From positions 1 through 54,029 of IMG/VR virus record IMGVR_UViG_3300011116_000659: 54,029 nt of DNA, one strand, 5' to 3'. The translations under genes were made by a program, and so were the position numbers. The stretch comes from a virus (Duplodnaviria; Caudoviricetes). The notes beneath the pieces are model-generated. The model was not told the origin of the DNA. It ran no database searches and saw only the letters and a list, made by a program, of their open reading frames with translations. Positions 17,674 through 27,250 of this stretch are shown here, in pieces (the stretch's first letter is position 1; each line of letters opens with the position of its first letter).

Positions 17674-17777
17674 CCGTACATCAAGTGGCAGTTGAGACAG
17701 TGACCATTATCAGTCTGAGTATGTTGCTCGGTGCCATCTTCGGCTACATGATGGGAGGTAACAATGTCAACCGCTAA
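17670..17777 (+). CDS. 35-aa single-TM microprotein (not in ORF track)
   Basis: GGAGGT SD, ATGA overlap; MTVHQVAVETVTIISLSMLLGAIFGYMMGGNNVNR. Confidence 0.6.
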   Translation: MTVHQVAVETVTIISLSMLLGAIFGYMMGGNNVNR

Positions 17778-17892
17778 TCTCTCTCAGGACCAGATTCGTC
17801 AGATTGCCTTCCTGGCTATGCTGGAGGCGAAGGAGGATGATATTCAGCTATCCCTTTTCGATAAGACTCTGGGCGTCGAGCGGTTGACATAG
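17764..17892 (+). CDS. 42-aa microprotein with QLSLF clamp-binding motif (not in ORF track)
   Basis: GGAGGT at 17754-17759; MSTANLSQDQIRQIAFLAMLEAKEDDIQLSLFDKTLGVERLT. Confidence 0.7.
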   Translation: MSTANLSQDQIRQIAFLAMLEAKEDDIQLSLFDKTLGVERLT

Positions 17893-17911
17893 AGAAGGTA
17901 CGTGTTACAGT
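17884..17911 (+). promoter_or_regulatory. Sigma70-type promoter with extended -10
   Basis: TTGACA-N16-TACAGT with TG at 17903-17904. Confidence 0.65.
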
Positions 17912-17952
17912 GGCGCCATGGCGGTAATCCCCGCTGCTCCACCGAGGACACG

Positions 17953-18420
17953 ATGACTCTCGCACATGCCCTGTACAATGCCTACAATGCTGGGGGTGAC
18001 CCTGCGACTGCGAACAAGAACTACCGGGGCGAGCCCTGCCCGGAGTGGGACGACCTCCCCGAGAACATCCGTGCGAAGTGGGAGGCATGTGTGTCTCTCA
18101 TCAATCAGGAGTTTGGGGCACTCCCGTCTACGGGTGCGAGCTTTGGCTCTGCCATTGCTTATCTCAAGATGGGTTTCCGGGTCCGTCGCGCTGGCTGGAA
18201 CGGGAAGGGTATGTGGCTTGCTCTGTCCTGTGATAGCGGACGTGAGACGAAGGCCGAGAACTTCTGGTCTGAGCACAACAAAGCGTATGCTGAGCAGAAC
18301 GGCGGTACCGCTACCGTTCTCCCGTGTATCACCATGAAGACTGCCACGGGCGAAATCCTCATGGGCTGGCTCGCCTCACAGACGGATATCCTTGCTGTTG
18401 ATTGGGAAGTGGTCGCGTAA
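17953..18420 (+). CDS. tad2: DUF2829 / Tad2-like anti-defence sponge with an extra N-terminal domain
   Basis: FGSAIAYLKMGFRVRRAGWNGKGMWL...ITMKTATG...GWLASQTDILAVDWEVV; GAGGA before ATG 17953. Confidence 0.8.
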   Translation: MTLAHALYNAYNAGGDPATANKNYRGEPCPEWDDLPENIRAKWEACVSLINQEFGALPSTGASFGSAIAYLKMGFRVRRAGWNGKGMWLALSCDSGRETKAENFWSEHNKAYAEQNGGTATVLPCITMKTATGEILMGWLASQTDILAVDWEVVA

Positions 18421-18437
18421 CAAGATAGGAGGGCGCC

Positions 18438-19754
18438 ATGGCTCGTCAGATTCAACTCCATGGCGCCCCTGTATCGCCGGTCAACTGCATCGATGAGAAC
18501 GGTAAGTTCATCGACTACTATGACGGGCGCCGGCGTCCTGTGCCTCAGCATGACTGCAAGGTCTACTCGTTCCGACCACACCTGCATCTGATTGACCATG
18601 TGTTCCAAGGGATGCGCCGAGTTCAGACGATTCCACTGGACTCTTACCGCTTGCCCAACATTCTGAGCCTTACCACCCTCACGCCTGGGCCCGAGGAAAC
18701 GGCGTCGTCGTGGAAGGTACGCAACTCGGCGGGGAAGGCTGCCCAAAGTGTCGGGTCGTTCTGTATTGGCAATAGTGCTGACTATGCCTCTATGGTCCTC
18801 GATGAGAACTGGCGAGTCTATCGTCCTGCGTGGCATCCCACGATTCATGCTGCGTTTGGGCTTGAAGACCCTCCCACGCCTCGTGAGGTAGTCAACTACC
18901 TTGTAGCTAAGAAGGGTCCGTTCTGTACTGGCATCATGTCTCGTACAAGCGTGTGCGGGCTTTCGATGCTTACTTATTACTGCATCGGGGCACACGCGCC
19001 CTCGCTCGCGCGCATCTTCTCATTGACGGAAGAGGAGTTGATAGGGGCGATTGCTCTTACCATCAAGCAGCTATGTGGGCACCTCGCCTTCAAGCTGTGG
19101 GCATCCGGGTCTGACCTCACACCGCTGTGTCATACGACTCCTCTGACGCACTACTTCAATACCATCATGACGCAGCGTGTCACTGGTATGAATGACAACA
19201 CCAAGCGGTTGTTGCCTTCCCAGATTGCCGCCCTGCGTAACAAGGACTCATACTTCCAGTTGATTGCTATCGAGGGTCTACGTCTCAATCCGATTCAACG
19301 GATGCGTACCCTTCACGATATCGCCTGGAAGACCAACGCCGCGAAGCGTCACATGGAAGAGACGTGGTGGTGGGGCTCTTACGCCTCTAAGAACTGGCGT
19401 AAGAATAAGTGGATGTTCCGTCACTTGCAGACCGGTGTTGGGCTCGACCCTACCATCCGGCTTGAATACTTCCCGTTCCGGGGTGAGGCACCTCCGGATA
19501 AGAAGCTGCATATGCCATTCGACTTCATGAAGGAGCTTGCGAACCTCTATGGCAAAGAAGGAATCAACGAAGCCGAGTTTGCCCGCGTGTACGCCAAGTG
19601 GGCAGATTATGAAACTGCTCGAACCGGGAGCCCTCCGCGACCCCGAAGCAGTTACCGATTTGCAAGCTGCCCTACTGACGGGGTTGCTTCGCGGCGACAT
19701 ACCGATGATTTACTCGAAGGAACTGAGGGACTGGAGTTCCCAGATTCAGAGTAA
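18438..19754 (+). CDS. Hypothetical protein (438 aa)
   Basis: AGGAGG SD; long ORF; no motif recognised. Confidence 0.8.
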   Translation: MARQIQLHGAPVSPVNCIDENGKFIDYYDGRRRPVPQHDCKVYSFRPHLHLIDHVFQGMRRVQTIPLDSYRLPNILSLTTLTPGPEETASSWKVRNSAGKAAQSVGSFCIGNSADYASMVLDENWRVYRPAWHPTIHAAFGLEDPPTPREVVNYLVAKKGPFCTGIMSRTSVCGLSMLTYYCIGAHAPSLARIFSLTEEELIGAIALTIKQLCGHLAFKLWASGSDLTPLCHTTPLTHYFNTIMTQRVTGMNDNTKRLLPSQIAALRNKDSYFQLIAIEGLRLNPIQRMRTLHDIAWKTNAAKRHMEETWWWGSYASKNWRKNKWMFRHLQTGVGLDPTIRLEYFPFRGEAPPDKKLHMPFDFMKELANLYGKEGINEAEFARVYAKWADYETARTGSPPRPRSSYRFASCPTDGVASRRHTDDLLEGTEGLEFPDSE

Positions 19755-19995
19755 CGTTCACGCGGCTGCTGCTGTCAAGAACAAGAACGGTCCTCAGACG
19801 GGCGGGTCATTCATCCGTGAGCTTGTCATTCGGGAGCGTACTGAGCTTGGTAGCCAGCCTACACCCCCGTCTCTCACGGAGAGGCTGTGGAATGACGTGG
19901 AAAAGAAGTCTGAACTATTGCGTGAGACGATTCCGCTTATCACGCAGGAGCACGTTCCCCGTGTCATCGATGTGAAGGACGAAGACGAGGAGTAA
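19549..19995 (+). CDS. Possible terminase small subunit (start uncertain)
   Basis: Ends 2 nt before terL; helical; acidic tail; function assigned by position only. Confidence 0.45.
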   Translation: MAKKESTKPSLPACTPSGQIMKLLEPGALRDPEAVTDLQAALLTGLLRGDIPMIYSKELRDWSSQIQSNVHAAAAVKNKNGPQTGGSFIRELVIRERTELGSQPTPPSLTERLWNDVEKKSELLRETIPLITQEHVPRVIDVKDEDEE

Positions 19996-19997
19996 CA

Positions 19998-21683
19998 ATG
20001 ACCCCGGCCGAACAACTCAAGTTCCTGCGCTCCCCTGGTAAGAGCCTCCCGCAACTCGCGGAAGTGCTCGACCAGGAGACGAGTACGTTCGTGCCGTACG
20101 ACCCGACCCGTCTTACTGCCTCGCTACAGACCGAGGTGCTCAACTACCTCGATGAGCCCCCGCGTACTGACTTCGGACAGACCAAGTGGCTGACCGTACT
20201 GACTGCCCGTCAGATGGGTAAGAGCCTTGTGGTTGAGTACGGACTGTACTCTAAGACGGCGTACACGCCCGGGTGGGACCATACGTGTATCGCTGACATC
20301 GATGAGCGTGCCAAGTACCTGCATAAGCGGGTACATCAGATGCACGTACGGTGGCCCGAGTCCGTGAAGTCACCGACCCTCAAGGGAAATGAGCAGCTTC
20401 AACTGACGTTTGACCCACTCGTCGGCGGTAAGATGCGTGTTTTGTCGGCCGAGACAAGCGCCGTGGGTATCGGTCAGTCTCCAGATAGCTTCCACGCCTC
20501 TGAGTGTGCCTTCTGGTCGGACTTCTCTGGCACGATGAGCATGATTTACCCCTCGATTGTCAACCGTGCTAACTCCATCGCCGTGTTTGAATGCACTCCC
20601 TGGCTCGCCGGGAACGATTGGCATGAGCATGTGGTGATGGCACGGGAGGGGAGTGGCCGTCATATGTACTTGTTCCGTCCTTTCTGGGACGGGAAACTCA
20701 ATCGGCGCCCCTGGCCCGCCTCTTGGGCACCCGACCAAGAGGAGATCCGGCTACTCAATGACTATCAAGCTAAGGGATTGAGGCTTGAGCATCTGGCATT
20801 CCGTCGTAGTATCATGGATACGGACGCTGAGATTCGCCGTAATCCTGAACTTTTCAAGGTATTTTACCCGTTTGATGACGTGACCTGCTGGATTACCGGG
20901 GCACAAAGCGCGATTCCTGGGCACGCGCTTGATAAGCACAAGCGGGATGACCTCATTTCTGCTAAGGAAGGCTACTATGAACACGTTTCTCCCGACCCTG
21001 AGTGCCGTTATGTCATTGGTGTTGACCCTTGCGGTCATGCTTCTCGCGACCACGCTGCTTTTCAGGTGCTTGAGGTGTCTCGGGATGGCTGGTATCAGGT
21101 GGCTTGGTTCGCAGATCACGCTGATCCTATTGTTTTTGCGCGTAAACTCCAAGAAGTTGGGCTCCGATACAACCGCGCGCTGATTGTAGTCGAGAATAAT
21201 GGGGTCGGTCAGGCAATCGTGAGCCTTTTGCGTGACTGGAACTACCCGAATCTCTACTATGATGACAAGGGACGCCCTGGTGTGACCACGACTGGCCCTT
21301 CTCTTGAGCAAATGACCGCTCAGTTGATCGATGGGCTCATGGATGAGCTTACTTTGTCCGATAAACGGACGATTGACCAGCTTATGACGTACAAGCATGA
21401 CAAGCGGGTCGAAGAAAACGTGAATAGCGAGCTTATTAGGGGTGGCCCTAACAAGCGGAGGCGTGAGAGGCACCATTGGGACAGTGTTTCCGCCCTTATG
21501 TTCGCTGTTGTGGGTGCCCGAGTGACCCCGCGGGGTAAGAAGGCCCCCAAAGAGCTACCCGCAGGCGACAATCCCATTCATACAGGGCTGTACCGCGCCG
21601 ATGAGAGGGCCCGAGAGTGGAAAAAGATGCAAGCTCAGCGGCGCTCGGCCCTGGGCAGGGACCGTAACGCATGGTATAAGTAG
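19998..21683 (+). CDS. terL: Terminase large subunit
   Basis: Walker A ARQMGKS; Walker B FHASECAFW; coupling ECTP; nuclease IGVDP, VENNGVG, HWDSVSA. Confidence 0.95.
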   Translation: MTPAEQLKFLRSPGKSLPQLAEVLDQETSTFVPYDPTRLTASLQTEVLNYLDEPPRTDFGQTKWLTVLTARQMGKSLVVEYGLYSKTAYTPGWDHTCIADIDERAKYLHKRVHQMHVRWPESVKSPTLKGNEQLQLTFDPLVGGKMRVLSAETSAVGIGQSPDSFHASECAFWSDFSGTMSMIYPSIVNRANSIAVFECTPWLAGNDWHEHVVMAREGSGRHMYLFRPFWDGKLNRRPWPASWAPDQEEIRLLNDYQAKGLRLEHLAFRRSIMDTDAEIRRNPELFKVFYPFDDVTCWITGAQSAIPGHALDKHKRDDLISAKEGYYEHVSPDPECRYVIGVDPCGHASRDHAAFQVLEVSRDGWYQVAWFADHADPIVFARKLQEVGLRYNRALIVVENNGVGQAIVSLLRDWNYPNLYYDDKGRPGVTTTGPSLEQMTAQLIDGLMDELTLSDKRTIDQLMTYKHDKRVEENVNSELIRGGPNKRRRERHHWDSVSALMFAVVGARVTPRGKKAPKELPAGDNPIHTGLYRADERAREWKKMQAQRRSALGRDRNAWYK

Positions 21684-21685
21684 CC

Positions 21686-23533
21686 ATGCTCAACACCGAT
21701 GCAATCGCTGACATCATCAAGGCTCATATCGCGGCTCTTGCTGAGGATTCCAAGGTTTGGGACCGGCACCGTGAAATGTACAAGTGTGCCCAACTCAAAC
21801 GTGTTGATGCTACGGACCCGATTGATACCGGTAACGACCAGGATGTCGTTTTTGAGTCTGGGTCGCTATATGCGTACACTGACTCGATGGTGTCAAGCAT
21901 TGTGCCACCAAATCCCAAGATTACGGCTACTCCCTACAACTCTGGGCACCGTGTCGCGGCAAAGGCACGCGAAGCACTGGTAAACTCGACGTTTGCCCGT
22001 GTGAAGGCCCACCGAACCCTGTGGTCTGCGGCTACTCTATCTGCTGTCTACCCGCGTTCCTTTATCAAGGTGGTATGGAAGCACCCGGCACAGCGTCCTG
22101 ACTACATCAACATCGACCCGCGGCATATCTTCTATGACAAGGAGGTAACCAAGTGGGAAGACGTGCGTTACGTCATTGAGGCCACGGTTCTTACTCGGGG
22201 AGAGTTTGAGTCCCGTGTTCCTATCAATGCCCCTGACGCTCCTCCTGACCGTCGCCGTGTGTACGACCCTGAGGTAGCAAAGAAGGTCAAGTTTGACTGC
22301 TATCCTCAGTGGTTGCAGCGTGACCAGGCTCAGAAGACGACTGCGAATAAGCAGATGGATGTCTTCAAGTGGGTGGTTGTGTACGAGGTGACGGACCTGA
22401 CTGAACCTGTCCCTCGTTACTATCACTATCTTGAGAATGAGAAGGTTCCGCTCTATGCTGGGCCCTCTCCATACTACTTCGTGCGTAATCCGTACTGGAT
22501 GGTCAAGTTCAATGAGAACTTGGAGGACAGCGGTGGTCTGAGTGACGCTGCTATCATTGAGAATCCGGTTCGCCGGCTTGATGAGGCGCGGACGCTTGAG
22601 CTTCGCCATGCCCAGGCGACTATTCCTGTTACCGTACTCAATGCGATGGCTGTGGACGACGTTGACGATGCGAAGACCAAGCTTCGTAACTGTACCAGCC
22701 CCGGTGATATCCTCGATATCGCATTGAAGAATGGTATGGCTATGAAGGATGCACTTGGTCAGACTCCTACGTCTGCTTTGTCGCCGTCTTTCACCACCGC
22801 GAAGACCGCCCTTGAGCAGGAAATCATGTTCCGCCTCGGGATGCCTCAGTATACCCGTGGTATGGCCGGCGCCTCGGATGTTGCTACTGAGCTTGCGCTT
22901 ATTGATAGCGCACTTCGGACTCGTCAGGGTCGCCGTATCGAAGTAATCTCTGACGCTATCTGGTTCATGGCCTCTGCCACGATTGGGCTCTACGAGCAGT
23001 TCTTGGCTGAGAATGATACCATCTTCGTGCGTATCATGGACGGTCAGTCTGAGAAGCTGGACCGGACTATCCTCCAGTTCCGCACTCCGGAGGAAGGTAA
23101 GGAGATTATCGCCAAGGGGCAGTTTCCATCTGATGACCTCAACATTGACTATGAGGTTGTCCCCTACTCCCCGACTGAGAACAGCAAGTCTGCTCAGTTG
23201 AAGAAGATTGCTGAGTTCATGCCGATGCTGCAAGCTAATCCGGCTATGATTAGTCAGAAGAAGCTGTATGCCCGTCTTACCGACCTGCTTGAGCTGGGCG
23301 ATCTCACCCCTTCTGAGGACGAGCTACGGGCACTCGCGGGCCCGGCTGCTCAGCCGGGGGCTGGAGGTGGTCAGACCGCGCAGCCCGACCCCAATAAGAT
23401 TGGGACGGGTACCGATGAGTCTCTGAACGGCGGGGAAATGCCCTCTGCTGTTGAACCTCCCCCGGTTACCGCCGAGCAGTCTGCTATCGGCGGGGGTGCC
23501 GGTGCGAAACTCCCGAATGCCCTGAGGAAATAA
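21686..23533 (+). CDS. Portal protein
   Basis: 615 aa directly after terL; IKVVW, IDPRHIFYD, ATE motif typical of podovirus-like portals. Confidence 0.85.
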   Translation: MLNTDAIADIIKAHIAALAEDSKVWDRHREMYKCAQLKRVDATDPIDTGNDQDVVFESGSLYAYTDSMVSSIVPPNPKITATPYNSGHRVAAKAREALVNSTFARVKAHRTLWSAATLSAVYPRSFIKVVWKHPAQRPDYINIDPRHIFYDKEVTKWEDVRYVIEATVLTRGEFESRVPINAPDAPPDRRRVYDPEVAKKVKFDCYPQWLQRDQAQKTTANKQMDVFKWVVVYEVTDLTEPVPRYYHYLENEKVPLYAGPSPYYFVRNPYWMVKFNENLEDSGGLSDAAIIENPVRRLDEARTLELRHAQATIPVTVLNAMAVDDVDDAKTKLRNCTSPGDILDIALKNGMAMKDALGQTPTSALSPSFTTAKTALEQEIMFRLGMPQYTRGMAGASDVATELALIDSALRTRQGRRIEVISDAIWFMASATIGLYEQFLAENDTIFVRIMDGQSEKLDRTILQFRTPEEGKEIIAKGQFPSDDLNIDYEVVPYSPTENSKSAQLKKIAEFMPMLQANPAMISQKKLYARLTDLLELGDLTPSEDELRALAGPAAQPGAGGGQTAQPDPNKIGTGTDESLNGGEMPSAVEPPPVTAEQSAIGGGAGAKLPNALRK

Positions 23534-23534
23534 G

Positions 23535-24008
23535 ATGCCCTTCGTTCCGAAAATTGACAAGCTCAACGGGGGTACCGTAAGCATGGCTGATGCCCGTGCT
23601 GAGGCAGCGAAGCTTGGTTATAAGAATCAGGAAGAGTATATGAGGGCGATGGAGGAGGAGGATACCATTGAGCGTCCGAGTGCATTTACCAGTGAGACTC
23701 CACGCTCACTGGCTATCGCCACGTATGCGAAGAAACATGGTATGGATACCGATGCTGCTGCCGCCGTTTTCCAGCGGGTCGCTGCTACGGGTGATGGCAC
23801 GTTCGTCGGTGGTGATGCAGAGGATAGAATGCTTTACAGCCACTATGGTGCAAATAAGAAACCAGGACCGTATCAAAACCATGGTAGCTATGATACGAAG
23901 GTTCCACGCCCTAATGGGAACGGGGGCATTCTGGGTACTGTTGATGCTACTGCCGATGACGTGAAGCGCCTTGGGATGACAGATAAGCCGAAGCGAGCTA
24001 CGGAGTAG
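23535..24008 (+). CDS. Hypothetical protein
   Basis: Packed in the head module. Confidence 0.7.
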   Translation: MPFVPKIDKLNGGTVSMADARAEAAKLGYKNQEEYMRAMEEEDTIERPSAFTSETPRSLAIATYAKKHGMDTDAAAAVFQRVAATGDGTFVGGDAEDRMLYSHYGANKKPGPYQNHGSYDTKVPRPNGNGGILGTVDATADDVKRLGMTDKPKRATE

Positions 24009-24012
24009 TAAG

Positions 24013-24441
24013 ATGCCTATCACTCAGGATGACCGGCTTGCCGCCGCTCAGGCTGCCTCGACGGGAGAGAAGTTGCAGGGTGCCTTCGGCTCCGTGCCTG
24101 CCCTCGCTCGCTCTGTTGCTGGGCCCTCCGTCGCTGATAAGAAGGCGGAAGCTGCCCGTATGACGGGGCAGAACTATGGTGAGTGGAAGATGGACCCTGA
24201 GAAGGGGTGGGTCCGAGAGGCGAAACAGGGTGGTGTTACCATCTACGAGCCATGGTCTGGACCTTATGGTTCCTCGCCCTTGAACCCCAAGGGCCCGAGT
24301 GATAAGCAGATTATGGACCCGGCGGCTAGTCCGAATCCTAATAACAAGGGACTTGTCGGGAGTATTCTTAGCACTGTGCTTGCCCCTGTCGGATTCGTAG
24401 GTGAGACTCTGGCTCAGAACCGCAAGGCACTTGGGAGATAA
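24013..24441 (+). CDS. Hypothetical protein
   Basis: Packed in the head module. Confidence 0.7.
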   Translation: MPITQDDRLAAAQAASTGEKLQGAFGSVPALARSVAGPSVADKKAEAARMTGQNYGEWKMDPEKGWVREAKQGGVTIYEPWSGPYGSSPLNPKGPSDKQIMDPAASPNPNNKGLVGSILSTVLAPVGFVGETLAQNRKALGR

Positions 24442-24442
24442 C

Positions 24443-24892
24443 ATGAACAAGGCAATCCGTACTGTCCACTGTCCTATGTGTGGCACCCTTGAGGATGTCT
24501 TCGTTGACCTCGACTCATTCAATGGTACGACTTTCGCGTGCCCCACTGAGGGATGTGAGTTCCGGGTACAGCCTGAGATTGGTATGCCACAGGTCGTAGG
24601 CATTCAGTCGGCTACTCCTGAGTACAGCAAGCAGTTGAACAAGACGTTCTATAGCAATGCTGAGAAGCGTGACTATCTCAAGAGCAAGGGGATTGTTGAG
24701 TTCAGCAAAGGTGACTCCACTGACCGGAAGTTTGCTGATGCGGCCCGCGCTCGGGCTGATATCGCTGCCCGTAAGATGGGGCACAACGATGAAGATGCCC
24801 GCCGTAGTGCTGTGAAGAAAGAGGAAGCCAAGGGCTGGACGCCTACGCCGGGTGATGGTAAGCTTGCCGTAGGACGCACCGTCCGAGGTTGA
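24443..24892 (+). CDS. FmdB-like zinc-ribbon protein
   Basis: CPMC...CPTEGC; common between portal and scaffold genes. Confidence 0.7.
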   Translation: MNKAIRTVHCPMCGTLEDVFVDLDSFNGTTFACPTEGCEFRVQPEIGMPQVVGIQSATPEYSKQLNKTFYSNAEKRDYLKSKGIVEFSKGDSTDRKFADAARARADIAARKMGHNDEDARRSAVKKEEAKGWTPTPGDGKLAVGRTVRG

Positions 24893-24893
24893 T

Positions 24894-25232
24894 ATGCCTT
24901 CCGACACTCAACTGAGCCAAGTCGCCGCTGAGCTTGATGCTCAGATTGGTAAGATGCTTGGTAAGCCCTCTCCCTCTGGTGATACCATGGCTGCCTCTCC
25001 CGAAGTCTCCAAGATTCTCTCTGACGCTGGTTGCTCTGACCCCGATGGTGTCGTGTCGGCCCTTGAGGCTGCCGGCTATTACATCGAGAAGAAGGGTGAG
25101 GGTGAGAAGAAGGAGAAGGAGGGCAAGCCCGGTGATGCCAACGCCGAGGCTGGTGCCGAGACGGATATCACCGACATGCCGATGCCCGACGCTCGGAAGA
25201 GTGCGGCCAAGTTTGCTTTCGGTAAGCAGTAG
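24894..25232 (+). CDS. Hypothetical protein
   Basis: GAGGT SD; 112 aa. Confidence 0.7.
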   Translation: MPSDTQLSQVAAELDAQIGKMLGKPSPSGDTMAASPEVSKILSDAGCSDPDGVVSALEAAGYYIEKKGEGEKKEKEGKPGDANAEAGAETDITDMPMPDARKSAAKFAFGKQ

Positions 25233-25240
25233 GAGCTACC

Positions 25241-26128
25241 ATGGCTGATACCACCCAGACCACTACCACTACCGGCGATGCCGGTGCTGCCTCTGCGGCG
25301 GCAGGGGCAGGCTCGGCCGGAACGACGGGGGCTGACACCTCGGGGCAGGCCACGGGCACCCCCGGGGGCACTTCCGGGGCGGGGGCTGCCGGGGCCGATG
25401 GCGGTTCGTCTGCGTCTTCTACTACGTGGGACGTGGGCACCTGGGATGGCAAGCCGGAGTCAGTGCATGAGTCTTACCGCCCGTTCTATGAGCGGGTGTC
25501 GAAGACCTATGAGGAGAAGCTCAAGGAGCGTGAGACGGAGCTTGCTCAGTACCGTGACGTTCTCTCTGGTATCGGGGATGACCCACGCCTTACCGCTGCT
25601 GAGAAGAAGGCCGCGGAGCTTGAGGAGAAGCTGAACCTCACTCTCAAGGAGCAGGAGTCTGGGAAGCTGACCCATGCCGAGGCAACCAAGAAGGTTGAGG
25701 CGTTGCAGGCTCAGCTTGACAAGATGACCGAGACGATTGCTCAGAAGGAAGCTCAAGCCTTCAAGGACCGTCACAAGGACATCGTGTCTGACCCAGCGAA
25801 GCGGCAGGAGCTTGTTACCCTCCTCGATGAGGGCTGGGACGAAGAGGCTGCGGCTGCCTTGGTCGGTCGTAGTAGCAAGGTCCGTGAGAGGGCCTTTGAG
25901 CTTGTGAAAGAACATGGGCTCTCTGGTACCGGACACCGGCTCGCTGTGAAGACCGCCATCAGCGAACTGACCACCGACGATATTTCTTCACCTGCGGCCT
26001 TGCTGACGAGCGGGGCCCGTGGTACGGTTGCCCCTGTGAGGTCTTCCGAGCGGAACGTGCGTAATCTCTCCCGGGATGCTGCACGTACCGAAGCTGCTCG
26101 TCTCGCCCTCGTCAGTTCCAAACGTTGA
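25241..26128 (+). CDS. Capsid scaffolding protein
   Basis: Disordered N terminus, charged coiled coil, immediately upstream of the MCP. Confidence 0.75.
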   Translation: MADTTQTTTTTGDAGAASAAAGAGSAGTTGADTSGQATGTPGGTSGAGAAGADGGSSASSTTWDVGTWDGKPESVHESYRPFYERVSKTYEEKLKERETELAQYRDVLSGIGDDPRLTAAEKKAAELEEKLNLTLKEQESGKLTHAEATKKVEALQAQLDKMTETIAQKEAQAFKDRHKDIVSDPAKRQELVTLLDEGWDEEAAAALVGRSSKVRERAFELVKEHGLSGTGHRLAVKTAISELTTDDISSPAALLTSGARGTVAPVRSSERNVRNLSRDAARTEAARLALVSSKR

Positions 26129-26143
26129 TAGGAGGCTCCTCCG

Positions 26144-27238
26144 ATGCCCGTCACTCCTGATGCCCTCAATCTCGCGACCATTCATCTTCTCCCGAAGCTG
26201 ACTGACGTGTTCTTTGACGGTCACCCCTTCCTTGGGAAGATGGTTGACTCGATTGAGAAGCGCCCGTCTGGTGGTGAGTACGCTGCGTTCACCGTTGTTA
26301 CGGATGGACCTGGAAACATCAAGAAGCTGGTGTCGGGGTCTGAGGCGTACGCCTATGGCCGTCGGTCTATCACCAAGCAGGGTCGCGTGTACATCCCGAC
26401 CCATATCTACGCCTTCGCGGTTGAGGGTCAGGCCCTCCGTCACGCGAGTGGTGAGACGGGCATTGCCAATCTGCTCAAGCTGTACCCTGAGAAGGCGATG
26501 CTTGATTACAAGCAGAAGGCTGTCGCCCAGATTCTCACTGGCAATGGCTCGACCTATGACATCGATGGCCTTGCCACGCTGAATGGTACGACCACCTACA
26601 ACCCCGATGGTACCGCTCTCGCTGGTATCCTGGACTTCGTTGCCAAGGGTTCGCAGTCTGACACGGTGTTCAACCTCCCGAAGGAGGGTGCTGCCGGTGG
26701 CACCACTGGCTGGTACAACCAGTTCGGTGCTGTCGCCGCGTTCCCGACCAATGGCAAGCGCAAGATGCGCGAAGTGTATGGGTCGTGCGAAGTCCGTTCC
26801 GGTGACGAGGGCCCCCCGACCCTCGGGTTCTGTGACGCCACCTCGTACAACAACTACTACGAGTCGCTGGATGACCAGGTTCGGTATGCCTCTGAGCGTC
26901 CGAACACCAAGGGTGAGGCGGGTGCAACTCAGACGAACAAGTCTGGTATCCTCTTCCACGAGCTTGAACTGTTTGAGGATGTGTCTATCACGGACAACCT
27001 CGCCTCGTTCAGTGGTATCACCACTGATGGTATCATGTACTTCCTGAACCCGAAGACCTGGGGTATTCTTACCCTCGGCTCTGACGCTCAGCATGAAACC
27101 AAGGGCTTCTTTGAGGTCCGTGGTCCCTTCAAGCTGGAAGGCCGCGACGCCTGGGGCTGGGAGATTGTCTGCTCGTGGCAGATTTACTGCACGATGCTCA
27201 AGGCCAACGGCTGCCTCAGCGGTACCGCTCTCACCTAA
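26144..27238 (+). CDS. Major capsid protein
   Basis: 364 aa after the scaffold; AGGAGG SD; IDGL and MYFLNPK segments typical of HK97-fold capsids; strongly biased codons. Confidence 0.85.
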   Translation: MPVTPDALNLATIHLLPKLTDVFFDGHPFLGKMVDSIEKRPSGGEYAAFTVVTDGPGNIKKLVSGSEAYAYGRRSITKQGRVYIPTHIYAFAVEGQALRHASGETGIANLLKLYPEKAMLDYKQKAVAQILTGNGSTYDIDGLATLNGTTTYNPDGTALAGILDFVAKGSQSDTVFNLPKEGAAGGTTGWYNQFGAVAAFPTNGKRKMREVYGSCEVRSGDEGPPTLGFCDATSYNNYYESLDDQVRYASERPNTKGEAGATQTNKSGILFHELELFEDVSITDNLASFSGITTDGIMYFLNPKTWGILTLGSDAQHETKGFFEVRGPFKLEGRDAWGWEIVCSWQIYCTMLKANGCLSGTALT

Positions 27239-27250
27239 GGAGACTCGCCT

